Source of the DNA: a virus
Taxonomy: Duplodnaviria > Caudoviricetes
DNA length: 64,000 nucleotides
Reading direction: 5' to 3' (one strand)
Virus record (IMG/VR): IMGVR_UViG_3300047382_000771
Span: 32,001 to 96,000 of that record
This document shows, piece after piece, positions 8,765-18,268 of this stretch. Below the pieces are notes generated by a model. The model was not told the DNA's origin, searched no databases, and saw only the letters and a program-made list of their open reading frames with translations. Position 1 is the first letter of the stretch. Each line of letters begins with the position of its first letter. The translations under genes and the position numbers were made by a program.

Positions 8765-11700
8765 TTAACTAGCCATTCCTATCAAAGGAGAAGTGGGGCG
8801 AAGCGAAAAATTGCCATTATCTGGACCAACAAATTTAGGATCAAAATCATAAATAATAATACCGTCTGGACCACTTAAATATTCAGTAATTAATGATCCC
8901 CTGTAAGGCTTGTCTGCTTCGTCAATACCAAAAGTACCTCTGACACCATAAATACAAGTATTATGTATTAAATAATTAGCAGTAGAGGTTGTTACTTTTA
9001 CATTTGATACAAATCCAAGATTGCTGCCATGGCCAGAACTGTTGTGACTATAAGACATTTTTTCATTTCCATAAAGAATGCAATTTTTCACTAAAACAGG
9101 ACCGTTAGGAGGGCCATGACTCCAGGCACCGACACCTCCACTACCAACGAGAAAGAGCGTATTCGATATGGGTGTATTTTTGCCAACATAAAAAGTGCAG
9201 CCAATTAAATTCATTCGATCAATAGCTACAAAGCCTGAAGAATTATTACCCCCCGTAGATGTTGACCCCCAAGTACAATCAATTGTACAGTTTTTAAGCT
9301 CCGAACCATCAGCAGCACTTCTGCAAGAACCTGCTGAAGACCCACCTATTGCTGCGCTCTTATTATTGGTTACGGTGCCTTGAAAATTACAGGATTCAAT
9401 TTTAAAAACAGAAAGACTTGTACTTGCCTCAATTGAAAGTAAGCTGTATGTGCCCCGTAGGTTTGTAAAATTAAAATTGTTTAGCCCAGTCTCTAGTGCC
9501 CCTGTGTCTGATAAGATAATCCCATAACCATTATTGCCATCAATATTACAATAAGAAGCAGGTTTATAATCTCTGCCTCCAGGCAAAGTCAGATTAGACG
9601 ATAAAGTTAATTCTTGATTGACGATATATATAGTGTCGCGATTAATGGATGCTGTATGAGCCGCCGCAACAGTTAGCATGGCTGTGGCTGGAGTCTTTCC
9701 ATCGTTAGCATCGTCACCATTAACCAAGTCAACATACCATCCTGATGCTGATTCGCTATAAGTTTGTATGCCCCCAATTAATTCAGAACTTGGACGAAGT
9801 CTATAGTCTGTTTCAGAAATAAAAGCGGGTATCTCTGTGCCGATAAAATCATCGCTAGATGGGGTTGATGAAAGGTTGACATTGTAGTAAAAATTTGAAC
9901 CGCCAGTAGGGGCCCTGTGCCATAAAGTAGTCGATCCAGTGCCTATATGTATAGTATTTTTAACAGAAAAATTTGTTGTACTGTTTAAACCTTGATTGGA
10001 GGTCCCATAGATATTTGCAGCAGAACGTTTGCAGATAAAAGTGCAGTTTTCGATAATTGCTTCTCTGAAAGTGTCTTGATTGTAGTCTCCACCAAAAACA
10101 AGAGCATTAGTTGATTTACCTGTTATGGTACTATTTTTGATCGTAGCAGAAGAACCCCCCAAGAACCAGCCTCTAGTTGTAGCACTGGAATTTATGCTGT
10201 CATCAGTTTGCTCAATATTGCAAGATCCAATATCTAAGTGCCCCCTCATATATATAAGCCCGTAACTAGTACTAAAACCATTATACCGAAGAGTTAAATT
10301 CTTTATAGAAAAAGAAGTACAGTCTGGACCATAAAAGAAAGCATTATAACTGGTTCCAGTAGCACCTGTCGAAAAAATTATAGTGTTTTTAGTATTTTCA
10401 CCTATGATTTTAAGGTCAGCAGCTAAGTCCGACTCTTGACGAGGCAGCGTGTGAGTTCCGTTTTTGACAAGCAATGTCCCTGATACGTGTAGTGAAGCAA
10501 GAAAATTATTGTGAGGATTATCATAACTACCAACACCACGAGTAACAACAATTTCATTACTCATATTTGGATGTGGAGCTTGACACTCATATCTATAGAC
10601 ACCTTCTCTAAGAGTGCTAAAAGTTAATATGCCACCACTTTCTTGAGCTATCAATGCACCACTAGAATCTTTAATACCGATAGGATGCCCGCCCGTATTG
10701 TTTGTGAAAATTAAAGTGTCCCCAGTTTTAACATCAAGTTTTGGATCTGTGCCTGTAGCATCACCACTAAATGTATAGTTGTTTCCATCTCCGCTATCTA
10801 GGGAATAGTTACGTGTGGCAAATGTAGGTGTATGATTAGAGTCATACCAAAATCCTTCAGGGTATTCTAGTGATAAAGAATCTTTTGGTTGGTATCCACC
10901 AATCAAGGGGGAAGTTGGGCGTAAAGAAAGATTACTTTCATCTGCGTTAATAAATTCTGGATTAGTTGTTATGCCTCCAGATAAATTATTATTTATAACT
11001 CCTCCTGTATCTGAATCGTTTTCCAAATAAAAACTATTTGTTCCTTCAGTTATAGTACCTAAACGGCTTAAGCTTTGAGTTGGGTGTCCGTCTTGTAAAT
11101 ATTTAATATGGAATATATTATTCTTGAGAGTTATATCTCCACAGTTATATATTAAGTTATATTGACTATTTTTAACTCTAATATAAAAAGTATTATTTTC
11201 AAAAACAGAACCACTACCACCAGAAAGGCTAAATAAGTAGGAAGGGCCCTTGTATTGATAGTCAAAAACACAACCCCTTATATAGCCACCATTCCAAGAG
11301 CCACTTAATGTACGAGTCCAAAGTCCACTTGATGGCTCTTGCTTGAGTGGGGATAATGTCCCCCAAGGCGTTTCTTGTGTGGATATGCAAGAGTCTAAAT
11401 TATGCTTAAACCCTGTGCCATAAGTACCAGGTATAACATTAGTTTGTACGCTGTTGTAAAAAACTACATCCTTCCATGTTACATTGCTTCCTGCCCAGTA
11501 TGCACAATTAACAATGATGTATGCCTTGTGCCTGTTTTTTGCTTGGATAGTACAATTATTTGGCCACCACATGGCATATGTTGAGTAGTCCCAAGTGTAT
11601 CTGCCATCTCCAAGAATGATGGTGCCGCCTGCGCCGTCTGCTTGGTAGATAGCATTGCCACCAATAGGATTATCTGGCGTCCATGTTCCTAGCTCTTCAG

Positions 11701-12007
11701 CAAGAAAATTAACAGTACTAGAGCTTGTTCCATGAAGAGTCCATTCGCTGTTATTTATTACCCGAAGGTTAGTGGTCGAATCAATGAGTAAAAAAGGGTA
11801 CTCTTTACTTCCTGCAGGTGCCCAATCTGTAGGATTGTTTTGAGGCTCTGTGGTTGAGTTGTTGCTATTTATGCATACGAAAATTCTATTTCTAGAACCA
11901 TCAAAATAATCTACCCTGTCCCCAGGGTTATAGTTTGTTGACCCAAGATCATCCCAGGTGCTTCGTGAATAATTTGATGTGACCTCTACATATACAGTTT
12001 TGCTCAT
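8765..12007 (-). CDS. Putative tailspike/adhesin: N-terminal CBM5/12-like module, three pectin-lyase-like beta-helix modules, one cupredoxin-like domain
   Basis: W....NYNPGDRVDY..F.C. Three modules end in PxF...LRPxSxLIG. GGHP...YECQAPHPNM copper-ligand pattern. Confidence 0.65.
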   Translation of the reverse strand: MSKTVYVEVTSNYSRSTWDDLGSTNYNPGDRVDYFDGSRNRIFVCINSNNSTTEPQNNPTDWAPAGSKEYPFLLIDSTTNLRVINNSEWTLHGTSSSTVNFLAEELGTWTPDNPIGGNAIYQADGAGGTIILGDGRYTWDYSTYAMWWPNNCTIQAKNRHKAYIIVNCAYWAGSNVTWKDVVFYNSVQTNVIPGTYGTGFKHNLDSCISTQETPWGTLSPLKQEPSSGLWTRTLSGSWNGGYIRGCVFDYQYKGPSYLFSLSGGSGSVFENNTFYIRVKNSQYNLIYNCGDITLKNNIFHIKYLQDGHPTQSLSRLGTITEGTNSFYLENDSDTGGVINNNLSGGITTNPEFINADESNLSLRPTSPLIGGYQPKDSLSLEYPEGFWYDSNHTPTFATRNYSLDSGDGNNYTFSGDATGTDPKLDVKTGDTLIFTNNTGGHPIGIKDSSGALIAQESGGILTFSTLREGVYRYECQAPHPNMSNEIVVTRGVGSYDNPHNNFLASLHVSGTLLVKNGTHTLPRQESDLAADLKIIGENTKNTIIFSTGATGTSYNAFFYGPDCTSFSIKNLTLRYNGFSTSYGLIYMRGHLDIGSCNIEQTDDSINSSATTRGWFLGGSSATIKNSTITGKSTNALVFGGDYNQDTFREAIIENCTFICKRSAANIYGTSNQGLNSTTNFSVKNTIHIGTGSTTLWHRAPTGGSNFYYNVNLSSTPSSDDFIGTEIPAFISETDYRLRPSSELIGGIQTYSESASGWYVDLVNGDDANDGKTPATAMLTVAAAHTASINRDTIYIVNQELTLSSNLTLPGGRDYKPASYCNIDGNNGYGIILSDTGALETGLNNFNFTNLRGTYSLLSIEASTSLSVFKIESCNFQGTVTNNKSAAIGGSSAGSCRSAADGSELKNCTIDCTWGSTSTGGNNSSGFVAIDRMNLIGCTFYVGKNTPISNTLFLVGSGGVGAWSHGPPNGPVLVKNCILYGNEKMSYSHNSSGHGSNLGFVSNVKVTTSTANYLIHNTCIYGVRGTFGIDEADKPYRGSLITEYLSGPDGIIIYDFDPKFVGPDNGNFSLRPTSPLIGMAS

Positions 12008-12009
12008 TA

Positions 12010-15000
12010 CTATAATCCTTTGCCAATTAATGTCGAAGTTGGTCGTAAGTTGAATTTATTACTATCTGGGTCTACAAATTTTGGGTCAACTCCGAATAAA
12101 TTATTTTTTGAATTCAGTATTTCCGTATGATCATGGCTGCTATAAACTGGGCTAACCCCATTAAAACAATTGTTTTTTATATTAGGTAATTTAGAGGAAT
12201 TGTTCGTTCCTATGCTGGCTGCTCCATTTGGTATGTGAATAATATTGTTTTGAAATATTCTTTGGTTTTGAGAATAGTTAGTTCCGAAAATTAACGAAGG
12301 AGATACATATGTGCCATTGGCAGCGTTTCTTCCATTAAAAGTTGTAATGCCTGCGGGAATGTAAAATGTGCAATTTTTCCAACTCCATGCTCCATGATAT
12401 TGATCATCCGCAAAGCTGTCTCCTCCACATAATAACCCACCAGCATGGTCAAAAGCAATAGAGATCTCACAATTTTCCCAATGCATCGTAGAGGAATATA
12501 TGTTTCTGCCGCCACCTGTCCACGGGTAAGTGGTGCTTGATGCAGTATTTATATGCCCTAAGAATTTACAATTTTTAAAGGTACAAGACCCTAAGCCAGC
12601 TGAACCAGATACAGAAGTTATCATATTTCTTGTAGCATTATCTGCACCTATCATATTATTAAATTGGATACCAGTAAAGGTAGTATCTAGATCTAGGAAT
12701 GCCCCAATCGAAGGCCCTGGAACTGTACCCCCATATGGTTTGTATGCGAAAATATTACTTGGGTCCAATTTTGCATCAAATATAACTTCATTTATTGTCT
12801 CTGCAATATAATTGTAGCCCGCACAAGTATAAGCATACCATACATTTGAGCTGACATTTGATGACGGGCTCCTGCCAAACGATGTAGTCCAGTCGTATGT
12901 TCCGTTTATTATTATAATAGTTGATCCATAAGGAACTCCAGCATTAACAATTTCCTTAAATTCATTAAACGGACCAGCGTCTCCATGAGCACTCATTGAG
13001 GAAGCATCTTTTTGTGAGCCGTCTCCATTGTATGCATTACCTGGCTGGAGATAGTAGACATTAGTGGGTTCTGCCGTTAACCCTCCTATCGCTGGAGAGT
13101 CAGCACGCAATCTAAGGTCTTCAGATCCCGCAATTGTTTGAACGAATGAAGGGTCAGCTGTACTATTGAGATCCATATCCGCAGGGAGCCGTGTGAAAGA
13201 ATCAGTAGTGGAATAAAAGATACAACTAGAAAACACTCCAGTTGAGGGGTTATTGGAATAAAAATCCCCTCCAACATTACTGTAAAATATGCAATTTTTA
13301 ATTGAAGAACCGTTATTAACGCTAAAAGCACCGCCTACCATAAGTGGACTTGGACCGCTGTGAACATAATTATACCCACTAAGCTTGCAAAATGTACAAG
13401 ACTGAACATCGTAAGCAATCTTACTAGTGCCATTTAGAAACGCTCCACCAGGACCATTATTATCTGACAATGGTACATTAAATTGGCAGCCTGAGAGCTT
13501 GAATGAATATCCGTCAGGTAGATGACTTGTAAAATAATCAAATACACTTGAATTAATACCAGCGCCCAACTCAGCGGTAATGTTTACAGATTTGGCGCTA
13601 AAACTTTTCCAATGAGCACCCGAGAATAAACCCCTATTAAGATAACTAGAAGTATTATTTATATGAATAGTAATATTCTCTAGATTAAGTGGGGTTTGTG
13701 ACTGAGGGCCGCCAGTAAAGAGCGAGGTCCCCACATAAAAAGCTGAATAAGAATTAAAATTATTCCCAGTGGTTAACCTTGAATTATGGTTTTCTCCGAT
13801 AAAATACAAGCCGCCTGAAAAAGCTGAAGATATACCAGTGCTAGTCGAGTATCCAGTTCCTGGATACCAAGACATCAAATGATCCCCCTCCTTAAATAAA
13901 AGAGTCAGTTTTGAATCGAAGTAACCAGCATCTATTGCATCATGATAGCTCTCGAAAGGATTATTATAAGAACCAAGAGTACCTTGTGATACCACTATGT
14001 CACCTCTCATGTTTTGATGTCCAGAAACTGTACATTGATAGTAGTATGTGTCTGCGTATTTTGGAGTGAATGTAGTTGTACCTCCAGATTCAGAAGCTAC
14101 TTCAAGTCCTTGGCTATTGTAAATTGCAAGGGGGTGACCTCCAGTATTATTTGCAAAAGTTAATGTGTCTTGAATGTTGACATTAAGTGTTGGGTCTGAT
14201 CCTGTTTCATCACCGCTAAATGTATAATTTGTTCCGTTACCACTATCTAGGCTAAAGGTATGTGACGCTTGCACTGGAGTATGGTTATGGTCCACCCATA
14301 CTCCATCTGGGTATTTTTTAGATAAAGAACTTTCGTCTTTAATTCCACCAATCAATGGAGAGGACGGCCTTAAAGAAAAATTACCTTTACTAGAATCCAC
14401 AAATCCAGGGTCTAAATATTGGAAATCATCAGTAACCTCCGTGAAAGTATTAGCGTCAGAAGCTGAATATAATATATTAGATTCACCTATATTATTTGAA
14501 TGTGTTATATTAATCGGTCCAGTAGAGGTGTACCCCAGGTGGGTCGCATAAAAAATACAACTCTTTACATAGGGGCTTTTGCTAAGATTGCTAGAACCGT
14601 AGAAAAGTGGGCTATAGTTATTGCCGCTACCAAAGCCCAGGGCAAATGTAGTATTTTCCCAAATAGGACGCTCTCCTTCATGTAGCGTCGTGCCATTGCC
14701 AAATAATGGGGCAGTTGCATTAGGGAAATATAAAAGCGTATCTTTAAATGATGTATGATTAGCATTACCAATCCTGAAGTCATTACCATTTGCTGGCCCA
14801 TAAGGGCAATCTTCATCAGTTAATTTACATTGTTTAAAAAATATTTTAGAATTACTTTCTATAAGTTTAATACTACTACCTCCACCCATTATTAAATTAA
14901 TTCCAGTAATTTCACTTCTATGAGTAGTTAAGCTGTTTCCATAATGAATATAATGATAATTAAAATAGAAATGAGTAATGGTCACCTGACCTGTATTTAA

Positions 15001-15417
15001 CGCTGTGTAATCAAGACCATCGACACATAAAGCACTAGTGGGTTGAAAGTATTCACCATCTTCTAGTATAATCTCCCCAGGCACGGTGCCATCTTCAGTT
15101 GCATGAGCCCAAACTGCCCCTCCGCTACCTAGATACCTACCATTAATTGATTCAAGATAAACTTCGCCCAAAGTGTGACTATCTAATCTACCATCGCCCG
15201 CATAATATGGGTATTCTTTACTACCTATCCTAGCCCAATAAGCGTCTCCGTTTGTCTGAGGAATAGAACTGGAATGAGACTGAATACATGTATAGAGTTT
15301 TTTGTAAGCTCCATCATCATATGTAATTCTATCACCTACATTATAACTTGTCGCACTGTCCCATACGCTGTTTGACCATTCAGATGACGGTACTCTCTTG
15401 ATGTAAATTTTAGGCAT
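12010..15417 (-). CDS. Paralog of 8765-12007: CBM-like module, three beta-helix modules, cupredoxin-like domain
   Basis: WDSATSYNVGDRITY..YTCIQSH. Three DPxF...LRxxSxxIG module ends. GGHP...YQCTVSGHQNMRGDIVV. Confidence 0.65.
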   Translation of the reverse strand: MPKIYIKRVPSSEWSNSVWDSATSYNVGDRITYDDGAYKKLYTCIQSHSSSIPQTNGDAYWARIGSKEYPYYAGDGRLDSHTLGEVYLESINGRYLGSGGAVWAHATEDGTVPGEIILEDGEYFQPTSALCVDGLDYTALNTGQVTITHFYFNYHYIHYGNSLTTHRSEITGINLIMGGGSSIKLIESNSKIFFKQCKLTDEDCPYGPANGNDFRIGNANHTSFKDTLLYFPNATAPLFGNGTTLHEGERPIWENTTFALGFGSGNNYSPLFYGSSNLSKSPYVKSCIFYATHLGYTSTGPINITHSNNIGESNILYSASDANTFTEVTDDFQYLDPGFVDSSKGNFSLRPSSPLIGGIKDESSLSKKYPDGVWVDHNHTPVQASHTFSLDSGNGTNYTFSGDETGSDPTLNVNIQDTLTFANNTGGHPLAIYNSQGLEVASESGGTTTFTPKYADTYYYQCTVSGHQNMRGDIVVSQGTLGSYNNPFESYHDAIDAGYFDSKLTLLFKEGDHLMSWYPGTGYSTSTGISSAFSGGLYFIGENHNSRLTTGNNFNSYSAFYVGTSLFTGGPQSQTPLNLENITIHINNTSSYLNRGLFSGAHWKSFSAKSVNITAELGAGINSSVFDYFTSHLPDGYSFKLSGCQFNVPLSDNNGPGGAFLNGTSKIAYDVQSCTFCKLSGYNYVHSGPSPLMVGGAFSVNNGSSIKNCIFYSNVGGDFYSNNPSTGVFSSCIFYSTTDSFTRLPADMDLNSTADPSFVQTIAGSEDLRLRADSPAIGGLTAEPTNVYYLQPGNAYNGDGSQKDASSMSAHGDAGPFNEFKEIVNAGVPYGSTIIIINGTYDWTTSFGRSPSSNVSSNVWYAYTCAGYNYIAETINEVIFDAKLDPSNIFAYKPYGGTVPGPSIGAFLDLDTTFTGIQFNNMIGADNATRNMITSVSGSAGLGSCTFKNCKFLGHINTASSTTYPWTGGGRNIYSSTMHWENCEISIAFDHAGGLLCGGDSFADDQYHGAWSWKNCTFYIPAGITTFNGRNAANGTYVSPSLIFGTNYSQNQRIFQNNIIHIPNGAASIGTNNSSKLPNIKNNCFNGVSPVYSSHDHTEILNSKNNLFGVDPKFVDPDSNKFNLRPTSTLIGKGL

Positions 15418-16694
15418 TAGAAATAGCCTCCGTCAATCAATAAAGGAGCTGGGTTGGCACCAATAGAAGGAGACTGAAAACCCTGCCTGATCGGTAATCC
15501 ATTTGTGCCAAGACTGTCACTGTCCCCGTTAATCACTGAATAAGATTCTCCATCTGTATGCACAAACTCGATATCTGAAGGAGTGTCGCCATCATCAACT
15601 TTAACAGCTATACCTAAAGCAATCGCATTGTTGGCGCTGACTTCTTCTTCACCCCCAACCAGGTGAGCTACTCTATTACCAGCTGTATCAGTTGTAAATA
15701 AAATAAAAGAACTTTCATCAGAATAAATCCTTGTATCAACTGGGTTGATGGCGTGAGCCCCAATATCAGTAGCACCTTTAACTTTAAAGTCGTTGAATCT
15801 ATACCATCCAGATTCTAACCCATAATCACCTGTAGTACCAATAACAAAACGTTGTTCGTCAGTTAAGAGCTTGAACACTAGATCTTGATCTATACCTGTT
15901 AGAACATTGGATGTACCTAACCCTAATTTATCAGCAGTTAAAACTGTAACAGCATTACCTTCTGCATCTTTTACCTGTGGGATTTCGTTGAAAAACAAAG
16001 ATTTAGGGTTATCTGGATCTGGTTTTAATTCGACTTCTCCAACTTTAAGGCCAGAAGGACCGAGTAATAGCCTACCATTGCCATCGGTATCTAAAGATAT
16101 ACTCTCTGCGCCACCAAGGACAATACCTGATGGAAAATTGACAGTGGTTCCATTGGAACTTAGTACGGCATCGCCAAGGTGTAAGGAATTGTTTGTTAGA
16201 TACAAATCTCTAACCTTATTAGTTGGGCTTCCGATATCATATGCTGCATCTGACTCAGGAAGAATAGAACTATTAAATGTTAGTTGATCTGAATCGATTT
16301 TAAGGGATCCCGAGTGCTGAGTTACAGAACTCTGAGTGATGTTAGTGTCAGGTACATTTACCCACGTTACTGCAGAGCCAAGATCGTTTAGCTCAGTAAA
16401 TGATGTCAAGAAACCCTGTGCGCTAAGGTCGCTGATTTGACTAGCTGACAAGGTAAGAGATGCTTCGTGCTGAGTTACAGAGCTCTGAGTAATGTTAGTG
16501 TCGGGTACATTTACCCATGTTACTGCAGAGCTAAGATCGTTTAGCTCAGTGAAGCCAGTTAATACTGGGTTGCCTTCTAAGGTTAAGTCTGTTAAGAAGT
16601 GACCACTTTTAAAATAAGCGTCACCCCATGCCTGAGTAGAGATACCTATGCCTCCCTCTCCGTCTGATCTTGGTATTAAATTTTTAGTAGCCAT
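15417..16694 (-). CDS. Putative tail-fibre protein with a KN(L/I)IP-type N-terminus and a duplicated ELNDLxSAVTWVNVPDTNITQSSVTQH repeat
   Basis: N-terminus shared with 6168 and 6520; internal 51-aa-period repeat; overlaps the downstream gene as TAATG. Confidence 0.6.
   Translation of the reverse strand: MATKNLIPRSDGEGGIGISTQAWGDAYFKSGHFLTDLTLEGNPVLTGFTELNDLSSAVTWVNVPDTNITQSSVTQHEASLTLSASQISDLSAQGFLTSFTELNDLGSAVTWVNVPDTNITQSSVTQHSGSLKIDSDQLTFNSSILPESDAAYDIGSPTNKVRDLYLTNNSLHLGDAVLSSNGTTVNFPSGIVLGGAESISLDTDGNGRLLLGPSGLKVGEVELKPDPDNPKSLFFNEIPQVKDAEGNAVTVLTADKLGLGTSNVLTGIDQDLVFKLLTDEQRFVIGTTGDYGLESGWYRFNDFKVKGATDIGAHAINPVDTRIYSDESSFILFTTDTAGNRVAHLVGGEEEVSANNAIALGIAVKVDDGDTPSDIEFVHTDGESYSVINGDSDSLGTNGLPIRQGFQSPSIGANPAPLLIDGGYF
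16314..16550. repeat. Direct repeat of about 84 nt (16314-16397 and 16467-16550), period 153 nt
   Basis: gtgctgagttacag...ggtacatttaccca...actgcagag...agatcgtttagctcagt occurs at both copies. Confidence 0.85.
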
Positions 16695-16716
16695 AGTTGT
16701 TGAAGTTTTATTTTAT

Positions 16717-16721
16717 TACAC
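16717..16721 (-). promoter_or_regulatory. GTGTA motif, 22 nt upstream of ATG 16694
   Basis: aaGTGTAataaaataaaacttcaacaactATG. Confidence 0.6.
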
Positions 16722-16729
16722 TTTATATT

Positions 16730-18166
16730 TTAAATTATTGGATTGTTTTTTGGGATAATGTCTCCATTAGAGTCTTCTTCGAAATACTGATAGCTGTCAG
16801 AAGTAGAACTGTAAGCACCGTCTCTTGGCATGTAGGAATCAGATCCAGATTCCTCCCAGAATTGTAAGCCAGTATTATCAGTAAACGATACAGTCCTTAG
16901 GGCGAGACTACCATTGAGATCCTCAAACCATTGTATGGAGGATGAAGATACTGGAGATGGTGGTGTTGGAGTTACCCCTAAACTAGTGTTAGCAACATTA
17001 ACGAAAGTAGATTGATTTGTGAATAAAACAAATCCAGGAGGAATGATATGGGAACCAGGTATTGGCACCAAGACTGTTACTGATCCATCTGGACCCACTA
17101 AAATAGAAGGTTCCGAAAGTTGAATAGAGATTGGAAGCCCAGTGTCATTAATTGATCCGCCATCAGGGTTAGATAGGTAATCTTTAATATTTACAGAAGC
17201 ACCGCTCGATGTAGTGAAGGGGTCCGATGTATATGCAGGAGTTGGCTGACCGAGAGGAGATGTTGAATTACCTACATCTCTAAACATAGTGCAACCTGGA
17301 TTAATGGTCACCTTTCCTGGCATAAAATAAGTGACAGATCCATCGTCACAAACAATAATTCCAGCATCCACTGTTTCTATATTAATTGGAGAACCTCCGC
17401 CATTAAAAGAACCGCTATCTGGATTAGATATCAAGGAAGTGATATTGACGGAACTACCCCCAGCCGTAATGAAAGGGTCAGATGTATACGCAGGATTTGG
17501 TTGGGGTAATGGGGATGATGTTTTCCCTGAGTCTTGGAATAAGACCCAACCAGGAGGTATGGACGCGGCCCCTGGACCAATAAAATATTTGATTTCTCCG
17601 TTCGGCCCAATAATTAACCCTGAAGAATGAACGAATACAGTAATAGGGTCATTTGTATTATTTAATGTGCCTGAATCAGGATTATCAAGTAGGGAATCAA
17701 TATCAACCGATACACCCCCACTAGTTATATAAGGAGCGGGAGGAGAATATCCTACGGTAGGCAAAGCAGCTATGCCCAATAAATCTGGATCTCTAAAGTT
17801 GAGTATGCCGTCTCCGTCTGAATCACCTATCGGATCAATGTAGTTACCTAAGTAACTGTTAGTTAGCCCATCAGGCATCCAAACAGGGTAAGTTACCCCA
17901 GGAGGTGGTGGGCCTAATTCGGCCAGTCCATAAGCTGTAGCCGTACCTGAAGGCGACTTTTGTTTAGCTAGTAATTCAGAAGTAAGTAAAGGGTAGTAGC
18001 CTGCTATAGAAATAACATCAACTTCTTTGGGGACATAAACCGCTTGAAATTTTTGTTTTCCAGAGGGAGTATTTAATAAAACCTCTCTAGTGCTCCTATT
18101 ATAATATATTACCCCATCCTGTATATCTCCTTGTGGAAATTGAGAAACTTTATAAATAGTGGCCAT
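16730..18166 (-). CDS. Repeat protein, paralog of 6935-8701 (DSDGDG motif, three internal repeats of about 85 aa)
   Basis: MATIYKVSQFP resembles MIYIVSDWP; repeats PAYTSDPF..GG.SVNI..L.SNPD.GS.N; C-terminal FEEDSNGDIIPKNNP resembles FEIEDLENITFKNP. Confidence 0.6.
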   Translation of the reverse strand: MATIYKVSQFPQGDIQDGVIYYNRSTREVLLNTPSGKQKFQAVYVPKEVDVISIAGYYPLLTSELLAKQKSPSGTATAYGLAELGPPPPGVTYPVWMPDGLTNSYLGNYIDPIGDSDGDGILNFRDPDLLGIAALPTVGYSPPAPYITSGGVSVDIDSLLDNPDSGTLNNTNDPITVFVHSSGLIIGPNGEIKYFIGPGAASIPPGWVLFQDSGKTSSPLPQPNPAYTSDPFITAGGSSVNITSLISNPDSGSFNGGGSPINIETVDAGIIVCDDGSVTYFMPGKVTINPGCTMFRDVGNSTSPLGQPTPAYTSDPFTTSSGASVNIKDYLSNPDGGSINDTGLPISIQLSEPSILVGPDGSVTVLVPIPGSHIIPPGFVLFTNQSTFVNVANTSLGVTPTPPSPVSSSSIQWFEDLNGSLALRTVSFTDNTGLQFWEESGSDSYMPRDGAYSSTSDSYQYFEEDSNGDIIPKNNPII

Positions 18167-18175
18167 ATTTATTTA

Positions 18176-18180
18176 TACAC
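18176..18180 (-). promoter_or_regulatory. GTGTA motif, 9 nt upstream of ATG 18166
   Basis: aaGTGTAtaaataaatATG. Confidence 0.7.
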
Positions 18181-18217
18181 TTGTTTTGCAGCGAAACTGC
18201 AATTATTTTAATAAAAC

Positions 18218-18243
18218 AAAAAGCCTCCTAAGGGAGGCTTTTT
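18218..18243. terminator. Intrinsic terminator, potentially bidirectional
   Basis: aaaaagcctcc-taag-ggaggcttttt: a GC stem flanked by A and T tracts, 25 nt after the 18269 stop. Confidence 0.85.
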
Positions 18244-18268
18244 ATTAATTCGTTTGTGTTAAACAGAA

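Noticed and set aside
4679-16550. Diversity-generating retroelement or invertible-segment explanation for the DNA repeats
   Set aside because: The repeats are in-frame intragenic duplications, I saw no adenine-specific bias in the differences (judged by eye), and no reverse transcriptase or recombinase lies in the window.
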